Source of the DNA: Ostrea edulis
Taxonomy: Eukaryota
NCBI RefSeq assembly: GCF_947568905.1
Contig: NC_079170.1
Span: 42,470,001-42,534,000 of the forward strand
Length of the DNA stretch: 64,000 nt
Reading direction: 5' to 3'
Numbering within the stretch: position 1 is the stretch's first letter; every line of letters begins with the position of its first letter. A model generated the notes under the pieces. That model searched no databases, was not told where the DNA came from, and worked only from the letters and a program-made list of their open reading frames with translations. This document shows, piece by piece, positions 51,658 through 63,033 of this stretch. A program made the position numbers and the translations under genes.

Positions 51658-53621
51658 AAATAAAATGGTTTTCACGTCTGTTATGCTCTTCACACATTGA
51701 TCTAGTGTCCTTATCTGATGATAGTGAATTTTATGAATTATGGTGTAGGCATAAATAGTTTTATATATACACATGTATGTAGAATCCTTCTACACAGTGA
51801 TAATCGTAGTCTTTATTTTCCTTGGAACAAAACTTGGCTTAAAACACTAATAGGTAGATTATTTTAATGTAGAATACCCCTTCTTCTTGGACTTAATGAA
51901 AACCTTAGCGCTCTACAGAGAACAATGAGTTAAACTTCCAGTCAGTAACAATGATTGGTTTTGTGAAGGTGTATTTTAAAAATATGCAATTTTAATAATT
52001 CAAATAATCTCTATCAGCGATTACTTCCTTTTGTCATTTATAGCTACCCGTACATCAACTGACAATGAAAGGCGTAATTAACATGTACATGTATACATCT
52101 ATATCTACCCGTACATCAACTGACAATGAGAGGCGTAATTAACATGATACAGATATACATTGTAGTAATATATGGTATCTTGCCATAGTAATATTCAAAC
52201 ACAAGGTTTAATACTACAGTGTCTATTAAAATCCCCATAACAGGTGTATATGGCGAGGACTTGGATGCAGAACGACTAATCATACTGATCGGGAGCGATG
52301 GTTAGTCGACATTATCCGAGAGTAAATCCGACTCAATCACCCAAAATGTACGACACAAATCATCATTCTTCCAATTCTCGGGAAAGTTTTCTAAATTTCG
52401 TCCGATAGGATGTAGTAATGTCTTCTAAATCAGGAAGAGAGTATTTGTGCATTTTACTGTATTACACCGGAGATGATAAACGGACATTTCCCCTACATAC
52501 AGATAATATTGAAAGGTTGACTTTATCACCATGCATTTTTTACTGCGCAAATGTTAAACCAGATTGAATAAAGTACAATGTGCATATATCTATGCACAAA
52601 GGGGGGGGGGGGGGGGGCTTTTGCTCACGATACTGAATAATTGTATATATGTATGCACACGTTCTCCAAATAGTCATGTGCAAACACTTTTATAGGAGTA
52701 TACAGTGTCGTGTGCAAATTGAATATCGTCAACTCAGTCTGAATCATAAAATGATGCAAAGAAAATTCCTACACCAAAATGAATTTCGTTAATGGCTCAT
52801 TATTAAAAGCAGAAATGTAATTAAAGCCAGATAGATGATCCATTTCATTACATTGATTCGCACAAACCATTCACAATGATACATAAGGTACATAGGTATG
52901 ATTTTATAATTATATAAACAATACTGACAAGGGTAAACATTCTAAAAATAATACATGCACATTTTTGCTACAGCAATTGCATGATGAAACGTGCAGGTAA
53001 CAAAGCGTGATCAATCTCATAACTGCTATAAGCAATACAAAATAAAGGGAAGGGCAAACACGAACCCCTGGATCAGTACACCAGAGGTGGGATCAAGTAC
53101 CCAGGAGGAGTCAGCATCCCCTCCCAACCGATCACGCATACCACATCAATTATATCAAATGATCTTGGTAAGGATGGGCGCCTTTTCATTGAAAGCTTCT
53201 CGTAATTGTCATTCACATCAGGTGCGTTGGTAGGAACTCATCCCCAGATTCAAACATGTTTGACTCGGCCATAATTTCTATTTGAAGACAAAAGTCTGCC
53301 TTTGTTGCTAATCATAAATTAGCAGATACTATGTGGTGTTTCCATTTTCAACATTTTTGATCTTTTAATCAAGTACACAAAGGGAAAAAGACCGGGTTTG
53401 CCCCAAGTGTTTGATTTTTCAAATATATTTTATCTACTGGCGCCAACCACATGCATCTTAAACACACAAGGAATATCTACTTTTAATTTCACTTATTTAT
53501 TTCGTCAATAAAATCACAGAATATGAAAAAAGATATGAAAATATGGATTATAGTCAATATTATGCGTGTTTTGTTGTGTATGTATGAATGAATATCGCCT
53601 TTTCTTGCGACCATTAATTCA

Positions 53622-54068
53622 CTATTTGCAGCTACATCCCGAATCAGCAGCACATTTGCACGTGTCAGGTCCAGTACACCCTACTCCGCATGCACAGGAA
53701 CCTGTTGAAAGGAGTGTACAGATTTAATATTTAAACATAGTTGTACAAGTTACCAAAATCTTCATATTTATTATCAGTAAGGATTTGAAAATAAATCGTT
53801 GTGTAAAAACTTACCGTTGCATTTACAAACAATCTGGCATCCGGGACATTTACAGCCGGCTCCACATTTACACCCAGAAGCACAGTTACACCCAGTGGAG
53901 GGACAGGTGTCTGAACACAGACAATTTCCCGCTTGAGAGAAAAATGTGTTACATTGTATAGATACAGCCTAACACTCAAAGAGCGATAACTCGGAATAGT
54001 TGTACAGAAAATAGATTGAAATTGTTAAATTAGGGCTTACTTTTCTTGCAGTTACATGGGTCAGACAT
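53622..54068 (-). CDS. MT: Metallothionein MT-D (74 aa)
   Basis: Exons 54041-54068, 53815-53931, 53622-53701. Differs from MT-A by K9, G49, S50. The acceptor before the 117-nt exon is AAG rather than TAG. Confidence 0.94.
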
Positions 54069-54254
54069 TTTTATCTTCAGATGAATCTGGAAAAGAATGA
54101 CTTTAATTGAATTGATGTTTTGGTCCGTTGACGTTATATTGTGTTGATTTTATTGATCACTTCTACAATATTTCACTGAAAATTATCCGACTAATTAAGC
54201 ATACAAATGTAACTTGTATACGATAATAATAATTAAAAATCGACACATGCCTAC

Positions 54255-54374
54255 CTTTGATCAATTAAAGTATACAATTCCTCGTCCAGGGACGTGTTTG
54301 TGATCAAGGCGGAATGAATAAAGTATAATATAGAACGTATGCACACGTTATACAAATATACAGTATCGTGTGCA
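54255..54374 (-). promoter_or_regulatory. MT-D promoter: TATA-like + 2 MREs
   Basis: MREs at 54340-54346 and 54368-54374. Donor at 54255. Essentially identical to the MT-C promoter. Confidence 0.78.
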
Positions 54375-54910
54375 AAGTTGTGAATAAACTCTAGGGGCGG
54401 ATTCAGAGAAAAGAATGTATATATTCAGTAAAACTACGAAGCAAAGATATCACGTAGAAACTTTCTGATATTACATTGTTGTTTTCTAATCTTAATAAAA
54501 AAATTAAATGTAAAATTTGAAATAAAATGGTTTTGACGTCTATTATGCTCTTCATACATTGATCGAGCATCCTTATCTGATGACAGTGAATTTTATGAAT
54601 GGTGCAGGCATAAATAGTTTTATATATACACATGTATGTAGAATCCTTCTACACAGTGATAATCGTAGTCTTATTTTCCTTGGAACAAAACTTGGCTTAA
54701 AACACTAATAGGTAGATTCATTTCATTTTAATGTAGAATACCCCTTTCTTCTGGACTTGATGAAAACCTTAGCGCTCTACAGAGTACAATGAGTTAAACT
54801 TCCAGTCAGTAACAATGATTGGTTTTGTGTAGGTGGATTTTAAAAATATGCAATTTTAATAATTCAAATAATCTCTGTCAGCGATTACTTCATTTTGTCA
54901 TCTATAGCTA

Positions 54911-55337
54911 CCCGTACATCAACTGACAATGAGAGGCGTAATTAACATGTACATGTATACATCTATATCTACCCGTACATCAACTGACGATGAGAGGCGT
55001 AATTCACATGTACATGTATACATCTATATCTACCCGTACATCAACTGACAATGAGAGGCGTAATTAACATGTACATGTATACATCTATATCTACCCGTAC
55101 ATCAACTGACAATGAGAGGCGTAATTAACATGTACATGTATACATCTATATCTACCCGTACATCAACTGACAATGAGAGGCGTAATTAACATGTACATGT
55201 ATACATCTATATCTACCCGTACATCAACTGACAATGAGAGGCGTAATTAACATGTACATGTATACATCTATACCTACCCGTACATCAACTGACGATGAGA
55301 GGCGTAATTAACATGTACATGTATACATCTATATCTA
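54911..55337. repeat. 7 x 61-bp tandem array
   Basis: Unit cccgtacatcaactgacaatgagaggcgtaattaacatgtacatgtatacatctatatcta starts at 54911, 54972, 55033, 55094, 55155, 55216, 55277. Confidence 0.95.
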
Positions 55338-55499
55338 GAATAGTTGATAAAAACTCAATCAACTTCCTTCGTTTGTGAACCTTTGATTTCGTCATTTGTT
55401 ACGATTAATAAAGATTTCATTCTCACACTGTTCTGTCTTGTTGTTTTGTCATTTAAGGTAAAGCAGAAACAATATCTCGTGAGTTTTTATCAACTATTC
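55338..55499. mobile_element. 162-bp MITE with perfect 19-bp TIRs and TA TSD
   Basis: GAATAGTTGATAAAAACTC at 55338-55356 and GAGTTTTTATCAACTATTC at 55481-55499. TA at 55336-55337 and 55500-55501. Confidence 0.85.
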
Positions 55500-57673
55500 T
55501 ATACTAAAACCATGCTTCCAATAAACTGCTTTAACCAACCTGATTAAAACTAGATCTTTGATCCGCTTAGACTTGCATTAGCGACATCAAAATATTTGAG
55601 CAGATCATACATGTAGATCATAGATCTGGCTTTAATAACATTGCTGCTTTAACGAGCCAATTATTAAATTCATTTTAGTGAGGCAATTTTCTTTACATCA
55701 TTTTATGATTCAGATTGTGTTGACCATATTCATTTTGCACACGTGATTTTATTGACCAAATAAATAAGTGAAATTAAAAGTAGAGATTCCTTATGTGTTT
55801 AAGATTCATGTGGTTGGCGCCAGTAGATAAAATATACTTGAAAAATCAAACACTTGGGACAAACCCGGTCTTTTTCCCTTTGTGTACTTGATTAAAAGAT
55901 CAAAAATGTTGGAAATGGAAACACCACATAGTATCTGCTAATTTGTGATTAGCAACAAAGGCAGACTTTTGTCTTCAAATAGAAATTATGGTCGAGTCAA
56001 ACATGTTTGAATCTGGGGATGAGTTCCTACAAACGCACCTGATGTTAATGACAATTACGAGAAGCTTTCAATGAAAAGGCGCCCATCCTTACCAAGATCA
56101 TTTGATATAATTGATGTGGTATGCGTGATCGGTTGGGAGGGGATGCTGACTCCTCCTGGGTACTTGATCCCACCTCTGGTGTACTGATCCAGGGGTTCGT
56201 GTTTGCCCTTCCCTTTATTTTGTATTGCTTATAGCAGTTATGAGATTGATCACGCTTTGTTACCTTCGCGTTTCATCATGCAATTGCTGTAGCAAAAATG
56301 TGCATGTATTATTTTTAGAATGTTTACCCTTAAGTATTGTTTATATAATTATAAAATCATACCTATGTACCTTGCATTCCATTGCGAATGGTTGGAGTGA
56401 ATAAATGTAATGAAATGGGTCATCTACAGTGTATCTGGCTTTAATTAGCTAACTAATTAACTAAATTCATTTTCTTTGCATCAATGCATTATTCAGACTG
56501 AGTTGACGATATTCAATTTGCACAGGACACTGACTATTTGAAGATCGTATGCACATACATAATATTATATACAATTATTCAGTATCGTGAGCAAAAGTCC
56601 CCCTTTGTGCATAGATATATGCACATTGTATTTTATTCAATCTGGTTTAACATTTGCGCAGTAATAAAATGCATAGTGATAAAGTCAACCTCGCAATATG
56701 ATATCTATGTAAGGGAAATCTCTGTTTATCATCTGCTGCGTAATGCAGTAAAATACACAAATAATATCTTCCTGATTTAGAAGACATTACTGCATGCTAT
56801 CAGAGTAGACTTACATTATTTTCTTGAGCTTAGGGGAAATGACGAGGTGTCGTAATTATTGGGTGATTGAGTCGGATTTACACTCCGATAATGTCGACGA
56901 ACCATCGCTCCCGATCAGTGTAATTAGCCCTTCTGCATCCGAATGTTCACCTGTCGCGGGGAGTTGGATAGACTACACGGTGATAATAACATAAAGTAGA
57001 TAAAAATCCCACCTTGTGTGTGAATATTAGTATAGCAAGATACCAGATAATTATATCTTTATTATCTTAATTACACCTTACATTGTCAGTTTATGTACAG
57101 GTAGCTATATAGATAACGAAATGAAGTACATAATTATATTATCACTGACAAAGAATTTAAAAAATTGCAGATTTTTTTAAAATTTACCTGGACAAAACCA
57201 AACATTTTGAGTGACTGTGGGACATTAATTCATTGAATTCGATCTTTATGGCACAATATTTTTTATTTAATCCAAAATAAGGAATATTATAAAATAAAAT
57301 TAGATGTAGGCCTACATACATGTACCAATTAAAATTGGTGTTTTTTACTAAGATTTGTCCAAAGCAAAATAGAGACTGTATAAGGATTTTATCCACTGAT
57401 AAAACTATTTATAGTTACACAACAATATTCATTAAATTCACTGTCACGAGATAAGGATGCAATTACTGAGCAAAACTGTACAAATTCGACATGAAGACTT
57501 TTATTTGAAACTTCACATATAAATAAAAAGTTACAAGATTAGAAACCAACATATTATCAATACATTTCTGCGTGATATCTTTACTCCTTCATAGTTTTAA
57601 TGCATATATATACATTCTTTCTTCTCAATCCGTTCTTTCTTCTCAATCCGCACTTAGACTTTATTCCCAACTT

Positions 57674-57813
57674 TGAACACGAAACTGTATACCTTCAATA
57701 CTTTGCACCCGAAACTGAATATTTTGTATAACGTGTGCATATGTTCTATATAATTATACATTATTCATCCCGCCTTGTCTGAACGAGGACTTGTATATTT
57801 TCTCTGAACGAAG
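57674..57813 (+). promoter_or_regulatory. MT-E promoter: TATA + 2 intact MREs + 1 mutated MRE
   Basis: TGAACAC (broken core) at 57674-57680, TGCACCC at 57704-57710, GTGTGCA at 57733-57739. TATATAA at 57747-57753. Donor AAG|gtaggt at 57813. Confidence 0.78.
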
Positions 57814-58024
57814 GTAGGTTTGTATGTCTTTTTTTTATTATTAGTTTACCCATGCTACTGTTCATATACATGTACATGTAGGCACAATATTAGTCGGATA
57901 AGTTACTGTAAAATATTGTCGACGTGATGGAAATTAATCGACAAAATTCCGTGGACGGACCATAACAACATACGTATTAAAATTAAATTAAATTCATTTT
58001 TTTTCAGATTCACCTGAATTAAAA

Positions 58025-58448
58025 ATGCCTGACCCATGTAACTGCAAGACAAGTAAGTCCTGTTTTAATAAATCCAATCGATTTCTGTGACTAATCCGAG
58101 TTATCGCTCTTTGACCGTTAAATTATTTTACACTTTTCTCTCTAGCGGGAAATTGCCTGTGTTCAGACACCTGTCCTTCCACTGGGTGTAATTGTGGTTC
58201 TGGGTGTAAATGTGGAGCCGGCTGTAAATGTCCCGGATGTCAGATTGTTTGTAAATGCAACGGTAAGTTTTTATACCTTTTAATCTATAATTTCTGGTTC
58301 ATTAATATTCTAATTTTTTTTCAATAAGAAAATTTTGTTCAACTTCTAAACTGCACTCCTTCCAACAGGTACCTGCGCATGCGGAGTAGGGTGTACTGGA
58401 CCTGACACTTGCAAATGTGCTGCTGATTCGGGATGTAGCTGCAAATAG
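58025..58448 (+). CDS. MT: Metallothionein MT-E (74 aa, protein identical to MT-B)
   Basis: Exons 58025-58052, 58146-58262, 58369-58448. Mirror copy of MT-B. AATAAA at 58503-58508. Confidence 0.96.
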
Positions 58449-61310
58449 TGAATTAATGGTCGCCTGAAAAGTCATCATTCATTTGTAAATAGTGTACATA
58501 ACAATAAACGCACATTCTTCACGATCAAAATGTTTTTTGTTTTTATTTTAGTGAGGTTGTTACAGTGCATTGGTTTCATTGTTTCAACTTTACACTCTGA
58601 TTTTTCATGAATAAAGCAATTTAAGTATCGTGATGGGCGCAAGGCTACACAAATGGGACCAGCATATATGCCCATATGGTTCATTTATGTGTCTTCATCC
58701 CGAGGAGACAAAGGTTCAGTGGCGGCTTTCTTATCAAAAATGGCTTACTGTCAACCGTGTTTCTAGTCGTAATCTACAAACTCTGAATAACAGACAAAAT
58801 AGAATTGTAACTCGAAATGTTAATGTGGAAATTTCAACAACTTTGAATGGATAGTCGGTCTACTGACAGCTGGGAGTTTTAAACACTGAAGTATTTTCCA
58901 GAAGATAAACATAATTCCAAATGCTTCATTTGTTCTAGACTTGTTCTAGTTAAAGGGGCGGGGCATTAGCTCTCATTTTGACACCAAAATTGAATTCAAT
59001 GAAAATTGCTCTATATCTTATAGTAGTAGTAGTTTATTTATTTATAGTGACATGTGTATATTCATAAACATTATGTTAACAGACTGTAAAAATAAATCAA
59101 ACACTCGCGGACCATCGGGCCTACATGCCACTTTAAACACAAAACTTAAATGCAGTACATAAAGGGGGGGGAGCACAGCGGTAAGAAATAAAGGGAAAAC
59201 AAACATGAAAACATACATGCATGTTGTAAGTAAATACCTGCAGTACATCAATGTGTTTTATGAGAAAAGTATAAAACCATATGTATGTAGACATTGGTAC
59301 ATAGACACATAATTTCAGTAATAACAACAGTATTTAATTTTTTCAAACACCTTTTAAACTTAAAAACAGGTCGCACATGAATATGTGGTTTTTGGTGATT
59401 AAATAATTATTGTCTTGCAAGACAATAATTCTTCTCGGTTATCTGACGTGGTTTTATTGGGTTTCTCTTGTTTTTGTACAAAATAAATCTTTTTATTCGT
59501 CATTCACATACATGTGTATATTCCTTTGACATTGAGAAGTTTTGAGAGAGAAAAAAAATGGTGCCATGTTTTTCACAGGCAATGCCTCTTTAGTGACACT
59601 GGCCAGAATACATGCATTTTACATGATGGCAGAATGTTTCAGTGGTCAGTGAGGTTTGAATGCAGGACACTCGCTTAAAGTTTGGTTGTCTTCGTATGTA
59701 CATACTACAGATGACTGAATTCTAACATTAAACCACCCCGAGCGTCTTGTCCGACATTTCGTTAAAAGGCGTGGTACCAAAACATTAATCAGTGAGTTCC
59801 AGTACATGAGTTGACACATGAAGTGTGGTGGATCTAAGATTTTTTTTTTTTTTAAAACCTAGTTTCAGTTTCTTGATATGTTTTCGTCATTGTTGTTGAA
59901 TTTAATTGATACTTTCAATTATTTACTCGTGTAAACTCATATGATAGCGAGTCGATCTCTGTTAATGGTTGCTCCTAGACAAATCAGATGTCGGAAATTT
60001 CATCAACTAAATGAAAACAGTTACTTAGGTAGAGAACGCACTGCGGTCGGATAAGAGTGTCACCCCACCCCGAATGCGTACAACCCTGACGCAGTTTACC
60101 TAAGATAGAGCAGAGATATAAATGCCTATGTGTTGCGTGAATGGCTAAACTATTTAAAATTAGAAATTAACATGGTAGGGGTGTGTTTGAAATGAAGGGT
60201 GTAGTTCACTGTACAGATCGTTTTGTGTATGTATTGTAAAAAGTACAAACGTGACATGTAAAAGCAACAGGTCCCTACACAAGTTTTGATGGTTTTTTTT
60301 TTATATTAGTACTTGGAATGAACTCTCTTAAGTTTTGGCAGCCATTTGTCTAAACTTTTATTTTATAGTTAGTTAATTAGTGAGAGGGTAGATCGTTGGT
60401 ATTGAGGTCTATGGGAAATAAATTGGTACTCTTCTCCTGATATGGTGTGTATCTCTCTGACTAGATCAGAGAATGTTCCGATTGGACAAGGTGTCCTAGT
60501 TTAATGTTTTTTGGATAAAAAAAATATGGCGGTCATGAAAATCATTTCATCCTTGTCCACTGCATTAGATACGACCAAATTTATGATAAATTATTCGAAA
60601 CTGTTTATTAGCCTATTGAATGTAGAATGTACATGGTTAATGATGTAACAAAAAAAATATTTTAAATATATCGTCATACACACAATATGCATTTCTTTGA
60701 TTTGAAATGACAATATCAAGTTTTCACAATCAAATATCTGAGGAACACTTCTGTAATGTTTTCATACCATAGTTACTCATTACTGACATTTAGCGCGGAC
60801 AAAACAAAACATATTATGAGTGACTTTCACATTTTCTAATTTATGGAATTCTTTGGTGAAATTTTTTTTTTTCAAATTCATTTCAGAAGAAAGAATATCT
60901 AACTTTACTAATCACACTTGGTGTTTTTCGTCAAGATATTTAACACTTATAAACAAATATAATATTATATACTAGATTTTATATCTATGTCGGTTTTTTT
61001 TTTAAATGTTGCAATGTGTCTTCTTTATAAAAAAAAAATAAAAATAGAGAATGCGATGATATATTATGTGTGTGAATGTCTTTTATTTTCCCATGAGACT
61101 ACCGTATTTATATATATACATCATAATATTATTAGGCCCTATACAATATTCATTGCCATGAGATCGAATAACTTTAGCGGTCGTTGTGTAATGTCCATAG
61201 TACGAGAAGAACGAGAAGAATAGGCCTAATGCATAACTACGCAGCTCAGTGTGTTTATTTCTATACATTCTTTTCCCTCAATATTCGCCCCTAAACTTTA
61301 TTCTCAAATT

Positions 61311-61458
61311 TGCACACGATACTGTATACAGTCATTACTTTGCACTCGACACTGAATATTTTGTATAACGTGTGCATACGTTCTATATACATTATACATC
61401 CCGCCTAGAAGACAGACACATCCCTGAACAAGGACTTGTAGAGTTTCTCTGATCAAAG
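61311..61458 (+). promoter_or_regulatory. MT-F promoter: TATA + 3 MREs
   Basis: MREs at 61311-61317, 61341-61347, 61370-61376. TATATA at 61384-61389. Donor at 61458, acceptor ending at 61623. Confidence 0.8.
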
Positions 61459-61640
61459 GTAGGCCAATGTCTTTTTTCTCTCTTAATTTATCCAAGTTAA
61501 ATGTATGTCACGTTAGTTAGAAATTCGAAAGACGTGGTTAATATACACTGTAATCAACATGATTACGTGGCCTGGTCACATGATGAAATTTAATTTGAAT
61601 GAATCTTTTTAATTCTTTTCCAGATTCATCTGAAATAAAA

Positions 61641-62217
61641 ATGTTTGACCCATGTAACTGCAAGACAAGTAAGTCCTGTTTTAATAAATCCAATTTCTGT
61701 GCCTAATCCGAGTTATCGCTCTTTGACCGTTATACTAATTTACGGTTTTTTTTTCTAGCGGGAAATTGTCTGTGTTCAGACACCTGTCCATCCACTGGGT
61801 GTAACTGTGCTTCTGGGTGTAAATGTGGAGCCGGCTGTAAATGTCCCGGATGTCAGATTGTTTGTAAATGCAACAGTAAGTTATTTAGGGAATGAAAGGG
61901 AAAAAAAACAACAGAAAAAAAGCAACTGAAAACTGCATCGTTGCGCATGAAGCAAAGTTTTCCGTGTTTTTGGTTTTTGGTTTACTTCCATCCAATGAAA
62001 AAATATTAAGTTTAGTCCTTATAAATTCCTTATTAATTTCGTCAAGACTATGAATATTAAAGGATTTATTAATCTAAAATGTTTTGACCATTCGAAAAGA
62101 CGGAATTTCTGAGAACTAATTTTACTCCTTCCAACAGGTACCTGCGCATGCGGAGTAGGATGTACTGGACCTGACACTTGCAAATGTGCTGCTGATTCGG
62201 GATGTAGCTGCAAATAG
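61641..62217 (+). CDS. MT: Metallothionein MT-F (74 aa, MT-A with S2F)
   Basis: Exons 61641-61668, 61759-61875, 62138-62217. Mirror copy of MT-A, with the same 262-bp second coding intron. AATAAA at 62272-62277. Confidence 0.96.
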
Positions 62218-62719
62218 TGAATTAATGGTCGCCTGAAAAGTCATCATTCATTTGTAAATAGTGTAAATAACAATAAACGCACATTCTTCATTATCCAGAT
62301 TTGTATTTTTTTTATGAGGCAGAATTGCATGTAAAATGTATTGCATGTAGGCTGATTTTCTTTGGATGAATCTTTATGTTGATTTTTAAAAAAAAATGAA
62401 ATAAGCATAAATTGAACTATCGTGTTGAGCGCATGGCTACACAAATGGGGCCAGTATATGTTCATCTATATAAGCCCATATGGTTCAGAGAGATATTGTA
62501 TTGGAGTGATTTATTAACAAATAAAACATCTATTTGCCTTCATCCTGAGAAGGCAAATGTTTAGTGACGGCTTTCTTGATAAAGATGGCTTACTTCAACC
62601 GTGTTTCTAGTTGTAATCCACAACAGATTAAAGGCACGCACATAAACTCGAAGTAGCAGACAAAATAAAATTGTAACTCGAAAATTTCAACAACTTGGTA
62701 TGGATAGCCCGTCTAGAGA

Positions 62720-63033
62720 TTGATTGTATCTTGTTTAGCGTCCCTCTCGAGAATTTTATACTCTTATGGAGACATCACCAATATCGGAGAAGGACATGCT
62801 CGGCGCTTACGTCCGTTGAGGGTTCTTTAGCGTGCCACACCTACTGTGACACGTGAAATATGTTTTAAGGTCATCTCTGAGGACCCGTTACATTCATACC
62901 TGATGCCGTTTGGTGATGGAACTCCGAACTGTCACTACCTGTTTTAAAGACTTTTAGGTCTGTCGTGGTCCGGATTCGAACCCCGACCTTCCGCATGCGG
63001 GGCGAACACTCTACTTCTAGACCACTGTGGCGG
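62720..63033 (-). mobile_element. Mirror copy of the same SINE insertion
   Basis: TSD at 62705-62719 and 63034-63048 (two mismatches). Same position relative to MT-F as the left copy to MT-A. Confidence 0.88.

Larger units (their letters stand above)
49860..55337. repeat. Direct tandem duplication of the MT-C/MT-D unit (~3.03 kb period)
   Basis: Stop codons are 3032 bp apart and ATGs 3033 bp apart. Introns, 3' flank and promoter are near-identical. Boundaries are approximate. Confidence 0.9.

Noticed and set aside
54945-54962. p53-like response element in the 61-bp unit
   Set aside because: CATG cores are present but the flanks do not fit RRRCWWGYYY.
54911-55337. CRISPR-like array
   Set aside because: Head-to-tail units with no unique spacers, eukaryotic context and no cas genes. 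The same applies to the other arrays.
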